Positions 24,281 through 39,104 of a stretch of DNA of 64,000 nt are shown here, piece after piece. Origin of the DNA: Octopus vulgaris (Eukaryota); contig OX597818.1 of assembly GCA_951406725.2 (NCBI GenBank), forward strand, positions 104,656,001 through 104,720,000. The letters run 5' to 3'. A program made the position numbers and the translations under genes. The notes beneath the pieces are model-generated. The model was not told where the DNA came from and did no database searches. It was given only the letters and a program-made list of their open reading frames with translations. The first letter of the stretch is position 1; every line of letters starts with the position of its first letter.

Positions 24281-24661
24281 AAACAAAGATATATATATAT
24301 ATATCACATACGTACACACACATATCTTTGTTCTTACCAACAACTTTTGATATTCAATAATGGCTAAAGGGATACAAAAGTAATATGGAAATAATTTGCT
24401 ATAAATTCCCGTTCAAATTATTTGACACCATTTTTCATAGTATATCCCACAGGAAGCAGCTTCCATTATTTCTCTATTATCAATGTTTTCCCATAATAAC
24501 CATTATTTTTACATTATATCGAAACAACGTTCATTTTCCCCTTTATTCTTCTTTTATGCAATCTTTAAAGTTATTATCCCAACTCTGTATGCTTTACTTC
24601 ACGTTACTCTTTTTTTTTTCCTTTTTTTAACACTTCATTATTTTTTATTATCATATTTATT

Positions 24662-26254
24662 ATTATTGCTTTCAAATCCCGCTGTGGTGAGCTTTGCTTT
24701 TTATCGTTCAGAGGTTGATGAAATATAGAGCCAGTCATATACTAGCCTCGATGTTATTGACTATACCGTCTCCTATGATATTTCGAGCCTTGTGCCTGTG
24801 TTAGAAACGATTACAGAGCGGAAGGCGCAGGTAGCCAGAATCGTTTGATCGTCGGAGAAAATTATTGCTTTTAAATTCCGCTGTGGTGAGCTTTGCTTTT
24901 TATCGTTCAGAGGTTGATGAAATATAGAGCCAGTCATGTACTAGCCTCGGTGTTATTGACTATTCCGTCTTCTACGATATTTCGAGCCTTGAACCTGTGT
25001 TAGAAACGATTACAGAGCGGAAGCGGTGGGTAGCCAGAATCGTTTGATCGCCGGAGAAAATTATTGCTTTTAAATCCCGCTGTGGTGAGCTTTGCTTTTT
25101 ATCCTTCAGGGGTTGATGAAATATAGAGCCAGTCATGTACTAGCCTCAGTGTTATTGACTATTCCGTCTCCTACGATATTTCTAGACTTGAACCTGTGTT
25201 AGAAACGATTACAGAGCGGAAGGCGCGGGTAGCCAGAATCGTTTGATCGTCGGAGAAAATTATTGCTTTTAAATTCCGCTGTGGTGAGCTTTGCTTTTTA
25301 TCGTTCAGAGGTTGATGAAATATAGAGCCAGTCATGTACTAGACTCGGTGTTATTGACTATTCCGTCTCCTACGATATTTCGAGCATTGAACCTGTGTTA
25401 GAAACGATTACAGAGCGGAAGGGGTGGGTAGCCAGAATCGTTTGATCGTCGGAGAAAATTATTACTTTTAAATCCCGCTGTGGTGAGCTTTGCTTTTTAT
25501 CGTTCAGAGGTTGATGAAATATAGAGCCAATCATGTACTAGCCTCGGTGTTATTGACTATTCCGTCTTCTACGATATTTCGAGCCTTGAACCTGTGTTAG
25601 AAACGATTACAGAGCGGAAGCGGTGGGTAGCCAGAATCGTTTGATCGACGGAGAAAATTATTGCTTTTAAATCCCGCTGTGGTGAGCTTTGCTTTTTATC
25701 CTTCAGGGGTTGATGAAATATAGAGCCAGTCATGTACTAGCCTCGGTGTTATTGACTATTCCGTCTCCTACGATATTTCTAGACTTGAACCTGTGTTAGA
25801 AACGATTACAGAGTGGAAGGCGCGGGTAGCCAGAATCGTTTGATCGTCGGAGAAAATTATTGCTTTTAAATTCCGCTGTGGTGAGCTTTGCTTTTTATCG
25901 TTCAGAGGTTGATGAAATATAGAGCCAGTCATGTACTAGACTCGGTGTTATTGACTATTCCGTCTCCTACGATATTTCGAGCATTGAACCTGTGTTAGAA
26001 ACGATTACAGAGCGGAAGGGGTGGGTAGCCAGAATCGTTTGATCGCCGGAGAAAATTATTGCTTTTAAATCCCGCTGTGGTGAGCTTTGCTTTTTATCGT
26101 TCAGAGGTTGATGAAATATAGAGCCAATCATGTACTAGCCTCGGTGTTATTGACTATTCCGTCTCCTACGATATTTCGAGCCTTGAACCTGTGTTAGACA
26201 CGATTACAGAGCGGAAGGCGCAGGTAGCCAGAATCGTTTGATCGTCGAAGAAGA
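24662..26254 (+). repeat. tandem array, 8 x 199 bp, derived from SINE family B
   Basis: Units start at 24662, 24861, 25060, 25259, 25458, 25657, 25856 and 26055. Each unit is a SINE B body/tail followed by the next SINE head (AAGGCG..AGCCAGAATCGTT). Confidence 0.95.
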
Positions 26255-26733
26255 TGCTTTGCTTATTTATCCCGGAATTTATCCCGCTTTTTAACTTTCT
26301 AAGTTCAGATCTTACCAAGGTCATCCATTCAAGGGGAGTAAAATACAGTACTGGTCAAGTATTACAATCATTGTATTCGATTATTTTGCTCCCCAAAAGT
26401 TTAGGCCTTGTCTCTGTTAATAAAATAAAGTACCTGCCAAATATTTTGGTGGATGATATTGACTAAAAACTTTCCGTCAAAATTGCTGCCAAATCAAAAG
26501 CCAATGCTAGCACATATTTAAGGAGATGACCTGGAAGAATCGTTAGCGCTTTGTATTTTTGTTAGAAATAATTACGATTATATTGTCGGTTATGATTAAA
26601 TAGACATACTAGCCCATGGTGCTATGTATTTAGACTCGCAATGTAACTAGGCCCAGGAGGGTTTTTTTCGGCAACATGGAATGAGAATCTAACTGACCGG
26701 TTTATTATTATGATTATTATTATGATAATTATG

Positions 26734-26783
<50 letters not shown>

Positions 26784-28470
26784 CTCAGATTCCGTCAGCC
26801 TCACCTCCAAACTACCGGTAACAGTAGATGAAAGTTATTATAATGTAAAGGTAGCTTGCGATGATTTTCATAACCTCGTTTACATAATGGTACAAGACTC
26901 GACCTGACAATAATTACTGAGGTAGCTTATGAATAAATAATTATACGGACTAAGTATACAGTTATGTCGGTCAGTAATTTTATGTGTGTGTTTCTCTAAT
27001 ATTTCTCCTTCCTGCTGAATCTTAAACCTGTTGTTTACGGTGATAAAGTTATCGTAGCTACGACAGATATTTAAAATACGCCGTTATCACGTAAAGAACC
27101 AAACTTCATTGACAAAAGAATTTATTTTTATGAATTTCCATTGTCACCGAAATTCGTCTATGGCGACGAAGTGTCTCGAAATATGAGCGGTTGAGGAAAA
27201 TCGGATTTCTTCCGCTTCTTGCTTCTCACTGGTGTAGCTTAGAAAACTAACATAAATCTCCTAGAAAAAAAAAATATGCGTCCAGTTATCGGCCAATTGC
27301 CGGCAGTTACTGCCCTGCTGTGAGTCAACTCACATGAAAACTGTCCGCATTAAACTAACAAGTTCGCTGCGCATGTAAGACAAATCACCAGATTCAAGCT
27401 TTGCTGCACATCCTTTCAAACTAAACATGAAGTAAACAAACTAACACAACCTATATAAACTTTTCATATCAAGGGTTAACCAAAAGTATTAAAATACTTC
27501 AACTTATATTCTTCATTTTTATTAAATAATCAATATTGTAAACTTTCTGTCAAGGAATATTTTGTTTCCAAGTAACGCGTCTCAGCATGAAGAACAACGC
27601 CTCTATGCGCTCATTTTAACTGCTAGAAATGCAACCAAGTCACCTTCAAATTACACTTTACTGTCTTGAGGTACGAGTATGTCTCGGTGATTAAAATATT
27701 CTCTTCATGAGAGCATAATCTCGGGTTCGATACCAGTGCCATGCAGCCTGTCGGAAGGAAGGGCCCTGTTCTTGCCAGAGACACATAATCCGTTGCCGGT
27801 TTAATTAATACTACTTGATTCATGAGTGTGCTGACGTAGTCAACATTGTTGCTAGAAATGGCAATCAAATCTCTCTCGGTTGGTTAGGTCTCCAATCTGA
27901 GGATAAATTCTTCCCTTCCTCCCTCCAAGCATGGAGACCCTTAAAGGGGTCACAGACACCGACCCACTTCCGCTGACTGATCCCTTTAAAAATTAAAGTG
28001 ATTCATTGGAGGAATATGTTGGCATGGTCACAACGTGAACTTGGATTCTGTTTAGACAATGATCAGCTCAGTCAGGGCTGATTTGGGGTTAAACAACAAT
28101 GTCATTTATGTCGAAAAACAATTGAGCATCTACGTGTTCGCTTTGTCTGCTAGAAATATCAGCCAAAATACCCTAAAATTGCACATATCTTAATACTGGA
28201 AAATTACAAAGGATAATGTAATCTCTGAAATGCAGTGGTTATGACTGAAATGTTTTTTTTTTATTGCATATCTGTTTAATTAGGGCCAACATGAAGTTAA
28301 ACAACAAGAACATGAACCACAAAAATAACATCGGGTGAACGGGGTAACACTTACTTGTTCACTCAAACTGCGAGAAATAGCAGCCGAATCACTCTGAAAT
28401 TACATACTTCTTTAAAACGGGGCAAGAAGACGAAAAAGGATTGGATGGCGTGAGCAGTAATGTCTTTGAT

Positions 28471-28949
28471 TACCGTAAATCCTCGAGTATAATCCGCATT
28501 TTTTTCCCAAAATTTAAAGGTCAAAATCCTTAGTGCGTACTATATACAAGGTTAAAAATGAAAAATATTTTCTGAGAAATGTTCAACATTTTGTGATGTC
28601 AGGCCCAAAAATACCTTAAGCTAAGCCTGAAAGCAATGAAGTCATAAAAGAATCATCCATAACTTGCAGTATGCAACATTTATTAAACGTTATTACTGTT
28701 ATTTCTTTAGTTTCTGCAAACAAAATGCACGGAAATGCTACACATTTGCATTATGTTATATATACAATAATAATAAGGTACGTTACCGTATACATTTTTA
28801 CAACCCAAGGACGTTATATAGACCTCCTTGACTCAAATTAGAAAAGAGGTGCGTATTATACACAAAGTTTAAGTTATTCAGAGGTACAGCCCCCTAAAAA
28901 TCCCCTGCGTATATTACTCAAGAGCGGACTATACTCGAGGATTTAGGTA
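28471..28949. mobile_element. pogo/Tigger-type (Tc1-mariner superfamily) MITE
   Basis: TA|CCGTAAATCCTCGAGTATAATCCGC ... GCGGACTATACTCGAGGATTTA-GG|TA. Subterminal TGCGTAyTATAyACAA repeats. Confidence 0.85.
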
Positions 28950-31900
28950 TACGTGTGCTTGATTAGGGCCTACCTGGGATTAAAAACAAAAGTAACATCA
29001 TCATCATCATCATCTTCATCATTATCATCATCAATGTCCTCGACATTGTTGCTAAGAAGTTAGAACGTTCTCTCTATCTCTATCTGAATCTACAAAGGCG
29101 GTAAAATAGAGATGGAATTAAAACTGCGGTTTCTACATTAAATATAGACTGACAAGTTTCTAATGTAGAACACTAGATCTTAGAATTTCTGTAACCATTT
29201 CTGGCCCCCAAAGCTTTCTTCAAATTCAGCTGGCGTACTCTAAGACTAATCCGTCATCTTTTGTTTCTTTTAAAAGGAAGAAAAACTAACACTTAATTTA
29301 GGCAAACTCAAACCGGTCTTGCTCTTTCATTTTGAAGGGACCCATTGTGAATATCTAGCTTAAAGATACGTTAATGTGTTCAGGAATATTCATAGAAAAG
29401 CTGCTTTTGTTTTAGTCGTTTATGGTAAGGTCATGCTCTTACGACATATGGGTCATTGATGTTGTTGTTGTCATTGTATATCTTTAGTAATAATTTTCGA
29501 AATATATTATTTAGGTACGCAACTAAACTCAGTTTGGCTATGATCAGCTGAACATTTTGTATTCTTTTCAAAAGTGAGAATAGAGTTCAAGCAAAGCGTT
29601 GTCATCGTCGTCGTTGATATTTTCATTAAACGTCATTTTCACAACCAAACCTAAAGAGATTACCAACAATATCATCATCATCATCATCATCACCAGCAAT
29701 ATAGCATAGTGGACGTCGTTTACGTCACGGGTTATATCAATTGATCCACCACCTAAAGCTGACAGATGACTGTCATTCACTTTGTCATTGCTATTATCCT
29801 CATCGGCACCTTCATCATCATCATCATCGTCGTCGTCAACATCATCATCATCATCATCGTCGTCGTCCTTTTCGGCATTTTTCTATTTGGCAATTTCTGT
29901 TACCCCTGCTCACAGTTTCTTCAAATTAAGTATCACCACACAATGCTGAGCTTCAATTACAGCAATATGAAATTCAGTTACAGCAACAAGTATTGAAGAT
30001 TTGAAGATTTGAAGATCTGAAGATTTGAAATTCCTCTCCGTGATTTTATATCATACTTTGATATACAGCTGTGTTCGAGAATCCAACGATCTGAATATTG
30101 AAATAGATGTACCATTGTATCATTTCTCTTTCACCTACGTCCATTTATCACATGTATTGTGTCATAAATTATTACGATCAACTAGATATGAAGTCATTCA
30201 AATATAGTGTATGTAGTTATATTTCACAGATCTGTGTACAGACTAGGAGCTTGATATCAAGAGCTATGAAATGCAAAATATAAACCCTCTGTCTTATGCA
30301 AGACATCGTTATGATTCTCGTTATTCACCGTGCATGTGACGATTTATTCTGTGTCGGCAGGAAGTCGGCATTGTTGCTAGAAATAACAAACAAATCTCCC
30401 TCAGTTGGCCAGGTCTTCAATCTAAAGATAACTTCACCTGATCCCTCCGAAGACAGAGACCCTTAAATGATCCATAGGCATTGTCCTTCCTCTGAGTTTT
30501 GTTATTTACAAAATAAAACTTAAACGGGTTCAGTGGATCAAAAACAAAGTGACTTGTTCACAACGTTTATTCTGTTGTTCATACAGAACGCATCGGCAAA
30601 TTATTTATTTGCTGAAGTTATAAACAAGAGCCACTAAGTTTTGGATAATTCCTCACTCCGGGAAGTCTTCGACTGACGAAACCCAACGACTCCGAAACAC
30701 TGGGCATCCCAGAGTCCTCTTACGCTAATGAACTGACCTGTTATAAACACGTATTTGTCTCGAAGGAGAAGTTCTCCTATGAAGAAACACAACAGCGACT
30801 AGCATATTCACGTTTGAAACTGCGGGTATGCGTAACGAATAAGCATAGAAGTCTTCGTTCTGTATTCTATCTTCGAATAAAATGATAACGCTGAAATGTC
30901 TGATAGTTAGGGAGAAACGATAACAATAATCACGAGAAAGGCTAAAAAGCTAGACGAAAAACAGGCCATAGAATAACTGCAAAGGCTAGACTGAATGGAA
31001 GTAGACAAAGGAAGACTGCTAACGGATGAAGTAGGCCTGGGCTTGAAATTGAAGGTTTCAATCTTGTTCCACCAAAAAAATACTTTGGTAATTAGGCTTT
31101 CTAGTACTACTTACATTTTCTCTCATTGCACGAAGCCGAACCCTTCAGGAATGCCACAAAAGTTCTTCAGCTGCAACCAATACTCAAATATTCCATACCC
31201 ATTCTCTGGTGGTTATGTTGTGGGTGGAAATAAGTCATTTGACCTTTCGACTTGTACGACTGGTTTCCCATTGTTCTGTCATTGACTCCAGTAACACACT
31301 GTACTATGTATTGGTAGACTGGCATCAAATCAGATTGTAGGGAGACACACATTTTGGTAGAGATTCTGTGTGACTTACTGTGACATCTTGCTACCACTGT
31401 ACTGTGCTTTAAGCTTCTTGCCATATTTCCCAAAGCAATAATCATAATAAAAACATCTTTGAGTGGAGATAATGGAAGAAGAGAAATAAACGACTTGTGT
31501 TCGTTCCTAATGTGTGATAATTGTTTAATTGAAGTCTACATTCGTCTCATGTCAGGACCACTTAAATTGTAACGCAATCTTAAAGTGATAATGTATTTAC
31601 ATGCATGCAGGATTGCCTCTGTGTGTGTGTACGTGTGTGTATGTGTGTGTGTGTGTGAGTGTGTAGATTTTGTATTATTGTTTGCTTACGATGTCACGCA
31701 AAAACATAGACGTGTACAGTACACGCCTGTATGAGAAGTACTTAGACTCCAAGTTGTACGTATGTGTATGTTTGAGCATTCATGTGTATGTAAGCATGTA
31801 AGTAAGATAACAAATTGCTGAAGGTGTTTGGTTTGTGCCGCTAGACTTGGTAGATTTATTCGTAAGTGAAGTGGAATGGAAGAAATTTCGGACAATGGCT

Positions 31901-34900
31901 TAATGCTATAAACACCATCAGACGTCAAAATTTTGCAAATATTCATTGTCATCTCAAATATTCACACTTGTCAATATAATATCAATATTTCCTCTCATAT
32001 TTCCAAATATTATTTAATTATCGATATCTCACTGTCATCGTCGCCATTCAAAAAATTACAAAGCTACTTGTGTTTTTACAAATGTGTTTATGCATATATT
32101 CATTTGATTTTGTATGTTCGTATTTAAGGATGCGATATATGTCAACATACGAAGGATTCACAGACATCAATACACTCCTCGGTATCTCATTAGGGAGTTA
32201 CAAATTATTGTGAACGCAAGATATTTGATAAACGTTTGGCGGCAATAATTGCCGAATTGATAAAATTGCTTTTGGGATTCTGCACCGAATGTTCCGTAAG
32301 GACTTTCATGCTTTTGCAAGGCACTTAACAGGATACTGAAGTTACTTGCCCATAGCTAGGAATAATCTTAAACGTTGAATAATCACTCGTCGATTTTAGT
32401 TCTTTCGCTATTTACAACGATGAACTAGCAAGCCAATCCTATAGCTAGATCTACTAGAAATAGCAGCCAAATCTCTCAATTCGTATCTCTCAAAGACACA
32501 TTAGAAAATAAAATCTCCGAAACACTATATTTAAAAATAAAGATGTCTCAGAGTCTACGAGATGGCCACAACATGATTGTTTGAGTTAATAGAAAGAGCA
32601 GCCAGACAGCCTTGAAACTTCATCATGTAACGTTAAAAATTTATGAATTTACTGAATAACAAAATATAATAATTCAGAAAATAATACTGGGTTATCACAA
32701 CTGGAACGCCTATTTGTGGAAAACTAACTGCCACAGAAAATTCAAGGGATTGAACAGCATAACATAATGCAGTTAAAGAATGTAGCATGGAAAAAATCAG
32801 AGACAGCTCAGAATAAAAAAAAAAAACAGAATCACTTCGATAGGTAAATGCAACCCGAACAACGCATTTACACAATTATAAAGACAAGACAAATCATCAA
32901 AAATCTGAAGTACCTCTATTATCCTTCATCACAGACAAAAATTCTTCCGAGCACAATCCACGCCTCCTAGATTTAGGGACTCTTCACCGGACTTATTACA
33001 AGTTTTACTCCCTAGTTTTGTCTGTGGCGCACAGGAATGTAGAGGACCTAAGGAACCCAGACGCTATTTCCCTTTCTCGGTCTCGTTTGTTTAGTCAAAC
33101 AGAATGCAGAAGAATGAGTTGCTAGAAAAGTGTGAAACCGAACATCAGACCGCCTCGAGGGTCTCACTTTTGGTTTATTATGAGGATTACTTCTCTCACT
33201 AGCCTTACGTAGAATCAGACAGGATCCCATGCTGTAAGCCGAAACTGAGCGCGAGTCTCGTGTTAAAGCCGTCCTGAGGTGACTAGACATTACATCAGCC
33301 ACTGTACACCACTTAAACCAACAAAAGTCTAGGCATATAATCATGCGAGATTAACAGCTTCAAACAAGTTTATAAGAATTAGAATGTATTCATAATTCTG
33401 TTTCTGTTATATTAGACGTGACACAGAGGTGAAACGTTATGTTCAACACAGAACTTGAATCCCAAAGGTAATACTGATAAGAAGAAAAAAACAGGCCAAA
33501 CCATTTTATATTCGTCATAACATACATAAAACACGTATCTAGTACAGAGATATTACAAACAGCATATAGACGTTAATAAGAGACAGCCTGCTAGAAAAGT
33601 GATTAACTGTTTTGATACCAACCCGCATGAGACCACCATTGTGTTTATGATACAAACTTTCTGTTTTAAACTGATCTAAATTATAAACTTTCATTAAAAT
33701 CTCCCGTTAATTTATGCTCCAAACACTATATTTTTCCATATGGCCAGCAATTTAGGAGATCGAAAATTAATGGATAACCATTGATTCCAGTTCTGAACAG
33801 ATTTTTTTTTAGCAGCTCCAGATGAAGGAAAGAAACAAGGTTAACTTCGGTGGAGTTTGAACTGAGAGTGTTTAGAGCCGGAACAAATACTGCAAAGCAT
33901 TCTTCCAATACTCCATCGAGTTTCCAGTTCGCCACCTTAACATCAGCTCAACTGAAATACTGCTAATTGTTTGTTTTGAAATTCAATTTAAACAAAAGCA
34001 GAGTACTCAAAAGAAATAAGGTAACGATATGGTTAAATAAATGACAATACGAAAAACATGACAGGGAAGCCTTTACGATGTGCTAGAAATAACAGCCTAC
34101 TATTTCTAACACCGTGACCTGCTTGAAATAGGAACCGCATTTCTCTCAAGTCACACCCTACCATCCTAAGAAGATATGGGTATATAGAATAATGAATCAC
34201 TGATATACAAAGAACATGATAGCTATGGCTGGAACGTCTTTTATTATAAGTCTCTTCTAACAGGGTTGACCTGAGAATAACAAGCTTAACTTAATAGATA
34301 ACAGATTTAGCTTTCAGCCTAACCAAACGTCTCAAATTGAATTAACTAGGTGGGAAGTTTGGGGGTATACAACGTTGCTCGACCTGCAAAAAATAGCAAC
34401 CAGATCCTCTTAAAATCGCGCCCATTGTCTTGAAAAAGACATGCTTGATAATTTTCTGTACATATTAAGAGATGGAGTGGTCATGGCTGGGGCAACTTTG
34501 ATATCATGGACCTATTGATATGGGCAAACAAAAAGAGCAACAATAAGAAGCTTTCCACCAGGTTACAAACTCTACCTAAAACGTAACATATAAATATCAC
34601 CGAGGTAAACCTTCATATTTTGAACACAGCTTGTTACAAATACAATATTGTTGTATCTTGATGGAAGTGGGTCCCTTACTAGTGAAAAAAGAATGTAGTA
34701 GGAGCACACAAAACCTTACAAGTAACACAGAAATTCACAAGTGAGAGTTGAGGTGCTCTTCCTTCAAAAACATTCTCGTTTTTTTTAATAACGAATGGCG
34801 TGAATCATCCATTGTTTAGGTTAGTGATAGTAGTAATATGGGAACACGAGCTGTAACAGCGCGTCGCTGCATCCATTTGTTGGGGATTCCCTAATAATCT

Positions 34901-35520
34901 TAGCGCGTTAGGTCTCTGCACCACCCAGTCGACAATCTGCCAATCCGTGGTCGGTTTGGGAACTCGTTACTGGTGTATATTTTACGAGGTCAAAAAGAAA
35001 ATCCGACCTCAACCTCACTTAGTCACCTGTTACGACACGCAGAGGAAACGTTAGGTTTAGTCTTTGAGAAGCCGGTCCCCACACGGAGTAGTGTTTGGGT
35101 TAGCTCAGTATCTTATTGTATATTTTTTGCTATACCTAAGACTCTAACCTTTCTGACAAATGCTAAAACCCAACAAATTACACAATAGCATCTAAATTAA
35201 ACACAACCCAAATCAGCACAGTGCTATCAAGCTATCAACATTACCCTCTTTGCTAGACATTATCAATTGATCAATACATCGAGCGACTTACTCTTTTACT
35301 TGTTTATGTCATTTGACTGCGGCCATGTTCGAGCACCGAGCACCGCCTTGGTTTAAAATATCCCAACTTTGCTTTTGACTGTCTACTTATTATCTTCGTA
35401 ATATCTCATACATTCAAAAAATCTCAGAGGTAGATCCACTTTTATTGGAAACAGAAGGTTCCGAGAATTAAAAAACACCAGACTCGACTAAGATAAGTAC
35501 TACAATAATTGTATTCCGAA

Positions 35521-35755
35521 CGGCGGCGAGCTGGCAGAATCGTTGGGACACCAGGCGAAATGCTTAGCGGTATTTCGTCTGCCGTTACGTTCTGAGTTCA
35601 AATTCCGACAAGATCAACTTTCCCTTTCATTCTTTCGGGATCAATTAAATAAGTACCAGTTACGCGCTGGGGTCGAAGTAATTGACTTAATCTTTTTGTC
35701 TCTCCTTGTTTGTCCTCTCTATGTTTAACCCTTTGTGGGCAATAAAGAAATAAAT
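35521..35755 (+). mobile_element. SINE family B (tail type 2)
   Basis: Full head GGCGGCGAGCTGGCAGAATCG to GGGCAATAAAGAAATAAAT. Flanks AATAATTGTATTCCGA are duplicated on both sides (~35504-35519 and ~35753-35768), i.e. a TSD. Confidence 0.88.
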
Positions 35756-35859
35756 AATTGTATTCCGATTTCCACCGCCACAAAAAGAAATCATATCCCG
35801 CAAAAGAATATAAAAAGATACGACCTAATTAAATAACCAGCCTGATCAAAATCAGTGAC

Positions 35860-36310
35860 AACATCAAACAAAATACGCAATCATCACACACAACAGAAAT
35901 AAAACTCGGCACCAATTAACGAAGTAAGAAAGTAATGATGAAAAATATAGAAAAAGGAAACATTTTGCCAACATTTGTATCCAGCAAAAACAACAAAAGA
36001 ACATTAAAAGCACCATAGGAAGTCATTAGCTGCACCATTAACTCTGACAATTTCTACGCCAATGATACATCATAACAACGACGTTAGGTAACTTACACAC
36101 ACACCGACAGCAAACTGCCCACTTCGAAAAATATTTCTCGAAAAATCATTCATAGAAAACACCGCTCAAAGCGGATAAGAATACAACCCCAAAATGGGTA
36201 CCCATGTGGATTTTCCCTTAAATATCTTCTTTCTATCGGGATCGAGAAAAGCAATATAGAAATCCTTAATCTCAAAGAACTTCAGGAACTGACAAAATCA
36301 TAAATATACA
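35860..36310 (+). pseudogene. possible highly degraded Penelope-type RT fragment
   Basis: CAAAATGGGTACCCATGTGGATTTTCCCTT reads like a frameshifted QNGVPMGxxL (PLE RT motif). A-rich, coding-like composition. Weak. Confidence 0.3.
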
Positions 36311-38096
36311 ATCAAAATAAATAGGTTCTGAAAGAATTACTGCACTCAAATACAAAAAAAAAGGTTTAAATTTATACAGGTACAGGAGTGGCTGTGTGGA
36401 AGAAGCTTGCCTCCCAACAATATACTTCCGGGTTCAGTCCCACTGCGTGGGACCTTGAGCAAGTGTTCATTGAACTCCAAATGGCCACGAAATGTAAAAG
36501 CTTAAGAACCAGTGTCTTAATATCTTAAAAACAAGAAGGAATTAATGAATAATGTATGTTACCCTTGATGCAATATGTTAGAAATAAGACTGATTGGTCA
36601 AGGCTGGAGCGCTCTTAATGATAGGTATGATTGTCAAGTGCTTACTTATATATTTTATTTATTTAATCCCTTCTCTTCCAACAGAGCAGAAGCCATCTAC
36701 AACTTTTCTTCAATCTTCAAGACCCTGAGGCTTCTCCCAGATTTTATTGGTTTTGAATGCCATCGATATTTCGGTAACCAGTGCCATTGTGTCTAGCAAA
36801 CAAGAAAGACTCAATGAATACAATATTTCAGAACAAGACGTGTTGATCAAAGTTGGAACGCCTTTGATAATAGGTATGCTTGTTCAGTGCTTACTTACTC
36901 GAGCTCTTCGCTCCCTACGGTACAGGAGCCATGGACAACTTTTCTCCAATGTTCTCGATTCCGGATCAAAAGGCTTTCTCTTCCGGAGTTTGATGGTTTT
37001 GCATCATGGATGATTCTATAACTTTGTTGTTTGTTTTGTTTTTATTTTTTCTAGGTTGGGGATTTTTACCTGTAGAAAAATATGATCCATAATAATCTTG
37101 TCACTTTCATTTCATCTATCCAGCATGAGAAGCCCAATCAGGAGTGGTGCTCCACTGGCGTAGCTCTCAGGGTCATAGAGGCACACAAGACCATCACACC
37201 GCAACAAGGAGTGGACCTTGTGGTGGTTGTTAGGTTATTACCTGAGGTTAAACAAAAGCAACAACAGCAACGAGAAGAATAATAAAGTCTTAACTACCAC
37301 GATTTAAGCGGCTTAACTACTTCACGAGATGACACAAATCACCAATCTATCTCATCTTATTGTTTCTGCATCTTATCGATTCGGCCTGCAGCAGCCATCT
37401 ACATTATTTCAATATTTATTGCTATGTATGTGTATCGTTGAATAATGCATATTATTCTAGATGCATTATGTGAGAAGAAAAGACGAGTTGGTCAAAGCTG
37501 GAGCGTCTTTGATATCAGGTACATTTGATTAGCACTTAACTGTGGTTTAACCACAACAAGCAAAACAATAACGTCTCAAAATTTCAATATAAGCTGGTTG
37601 ACTTCTTGGCGAGATGACACGAACCACCAATCTCTATCATCTTGTTCGGCATAGTTCGCGTTGTTTCGGCTATATACGTAACCCGTATATCACTATATAC
37701 GTGTTTGTAGTCTTATTGTCTTGATAAATTTGTTCGTTAAAAGGTAGTGACTTTTTAACTGTACTGTTTAAGATGAGTTTCAAATATTTTTCTTCTCCTT
37801 TCAATATCTGTTCATAAAGCTTATAAGAGATTTACTGTAACGCCGCAAGTTAATATAGTCTGTCAAGATTTCTTTAGTGTTCTCAGTATTTGAAACTATC
37901 TGTCCCTTTAATCTTATTGTGAGTCTTTCTGTGATATCCCGTCTAGCATAGGCAACGTTATATATCTCTTTCGGCTATATTATATGATATATAATATCAG
38001 GTTAAAGGTTAAAGTTCATGTTATACGGATACGGCTGACTGTGTTGATATAATACTAACATTTATAAGCATACATCACGCACAAATACAAACGTAC

Positions 38097-38180
<84 letters not shown>

Positions 38181-38425
38181 GCACACACACACACACAAAT
38201 AGATAAAGTGTGTTCAAACATACGCTACACATTTGAATGGATAGCAAAGTTCATACAGAGAGTTCTTGCATATATGCGTGTATATATCGTGTGATGCTTC
38301 ATGTGTGTGTTCACGGCGTGTGTGTGTATATACACACATAGATAGATAAATAGATACATACATACATACATATATACATACATAGGTAGGCAGATAGATA
38401 GACATAGAGAGAGAGAGAGATAGAG

Positions 38426-38459
<34 letters not shown>

Positions 38460-38460
38460 G

Positions 38461-38528
<68 letters not shown>

Positions 38529-39104
38529 GGCATGTATCCGTGGACTTTTGTGAGTATATGTGTATGCATGCAGACTAGGTTTATATGTGCACTAATATGT
38601 GTGCTTCTGCGTTTGTACATATGCGTGTATGCGAATTTCGTATGTGTGAATATGTGTAGATGTGTATGTGTTGTGTGTGTGTACATTCGAATGCGTTTAC
38701 TAAACATATACAATAAATTATTCAAATGAAATTACCACTAGAAGGCGTTGGAAAGAAAAGAAAAGTAACACATGATTCACCAAACTAGAATTTAAAGAAT
38801 GACTTTCAATTCTTAATTCAATAACGAAATCATGGAGAATAGCATTTAGATTTAGTTATTAAACCCTTTTCTAGCGCTATACTCTTTCAAATTGCTTCAT
38901 AATGATGAAAGTTTATTTTTGTTTTCATTCACTTTGCTGCCGTTTTCCTCTTCTTCATCCTTCTCTCCTTCTTTATTTTCTGCTTTCTTCCTCTTTCTTA
39001 TCATCTTTTTTTTCTTCATCTTATTCTTTTGTTTTCAGTTTCTTGGTTCTAAATAACCATCAGGTTACTGTAAAAGATGGCGCCTGTCTTTTAACTTTTT
39101 TGTT

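Larger units (their letters stand above)
27620..37660 (+). repeat. cluster of old, degenerate interspersed repeat copies (GCTAGAAATAGCAGCCAAATCTC..GGTCATGGCTGGAA..CTTTGAT..AGGGCTGACCTGGG..AACAACAA family)
   Basis: Motif hits at ~27622, 27851, 28149, 28370, 30376, 32453, 34082, 34385, 36594, 36843 and 37489. Further hits at 9790 (+), 10070 (-), 15640 (-), 16155 (-), 41340 (+) and 55695 (+). Confidence 0.55.

Noticed and set aside
24662-26254. Regular array resembling CRISPR
   Set aside because: Whole 199-bp units repeat with no unique spacers; there are no cas genes, and the unit derives from a eukaryotic SINE.
30668-30715. CTGACGA..GAAAC hammerhead-like spacing
   Set aside because: The intervening ACCCAACGACTCC cannot form stem II, and no stem I is evident.
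31000-31450. Complex, coding-looking segment with ORFs on both strands
   Set aside because: No recognisable domain, stops in the alternative frames, and no convincing splice pair; possibly a decayed TE.
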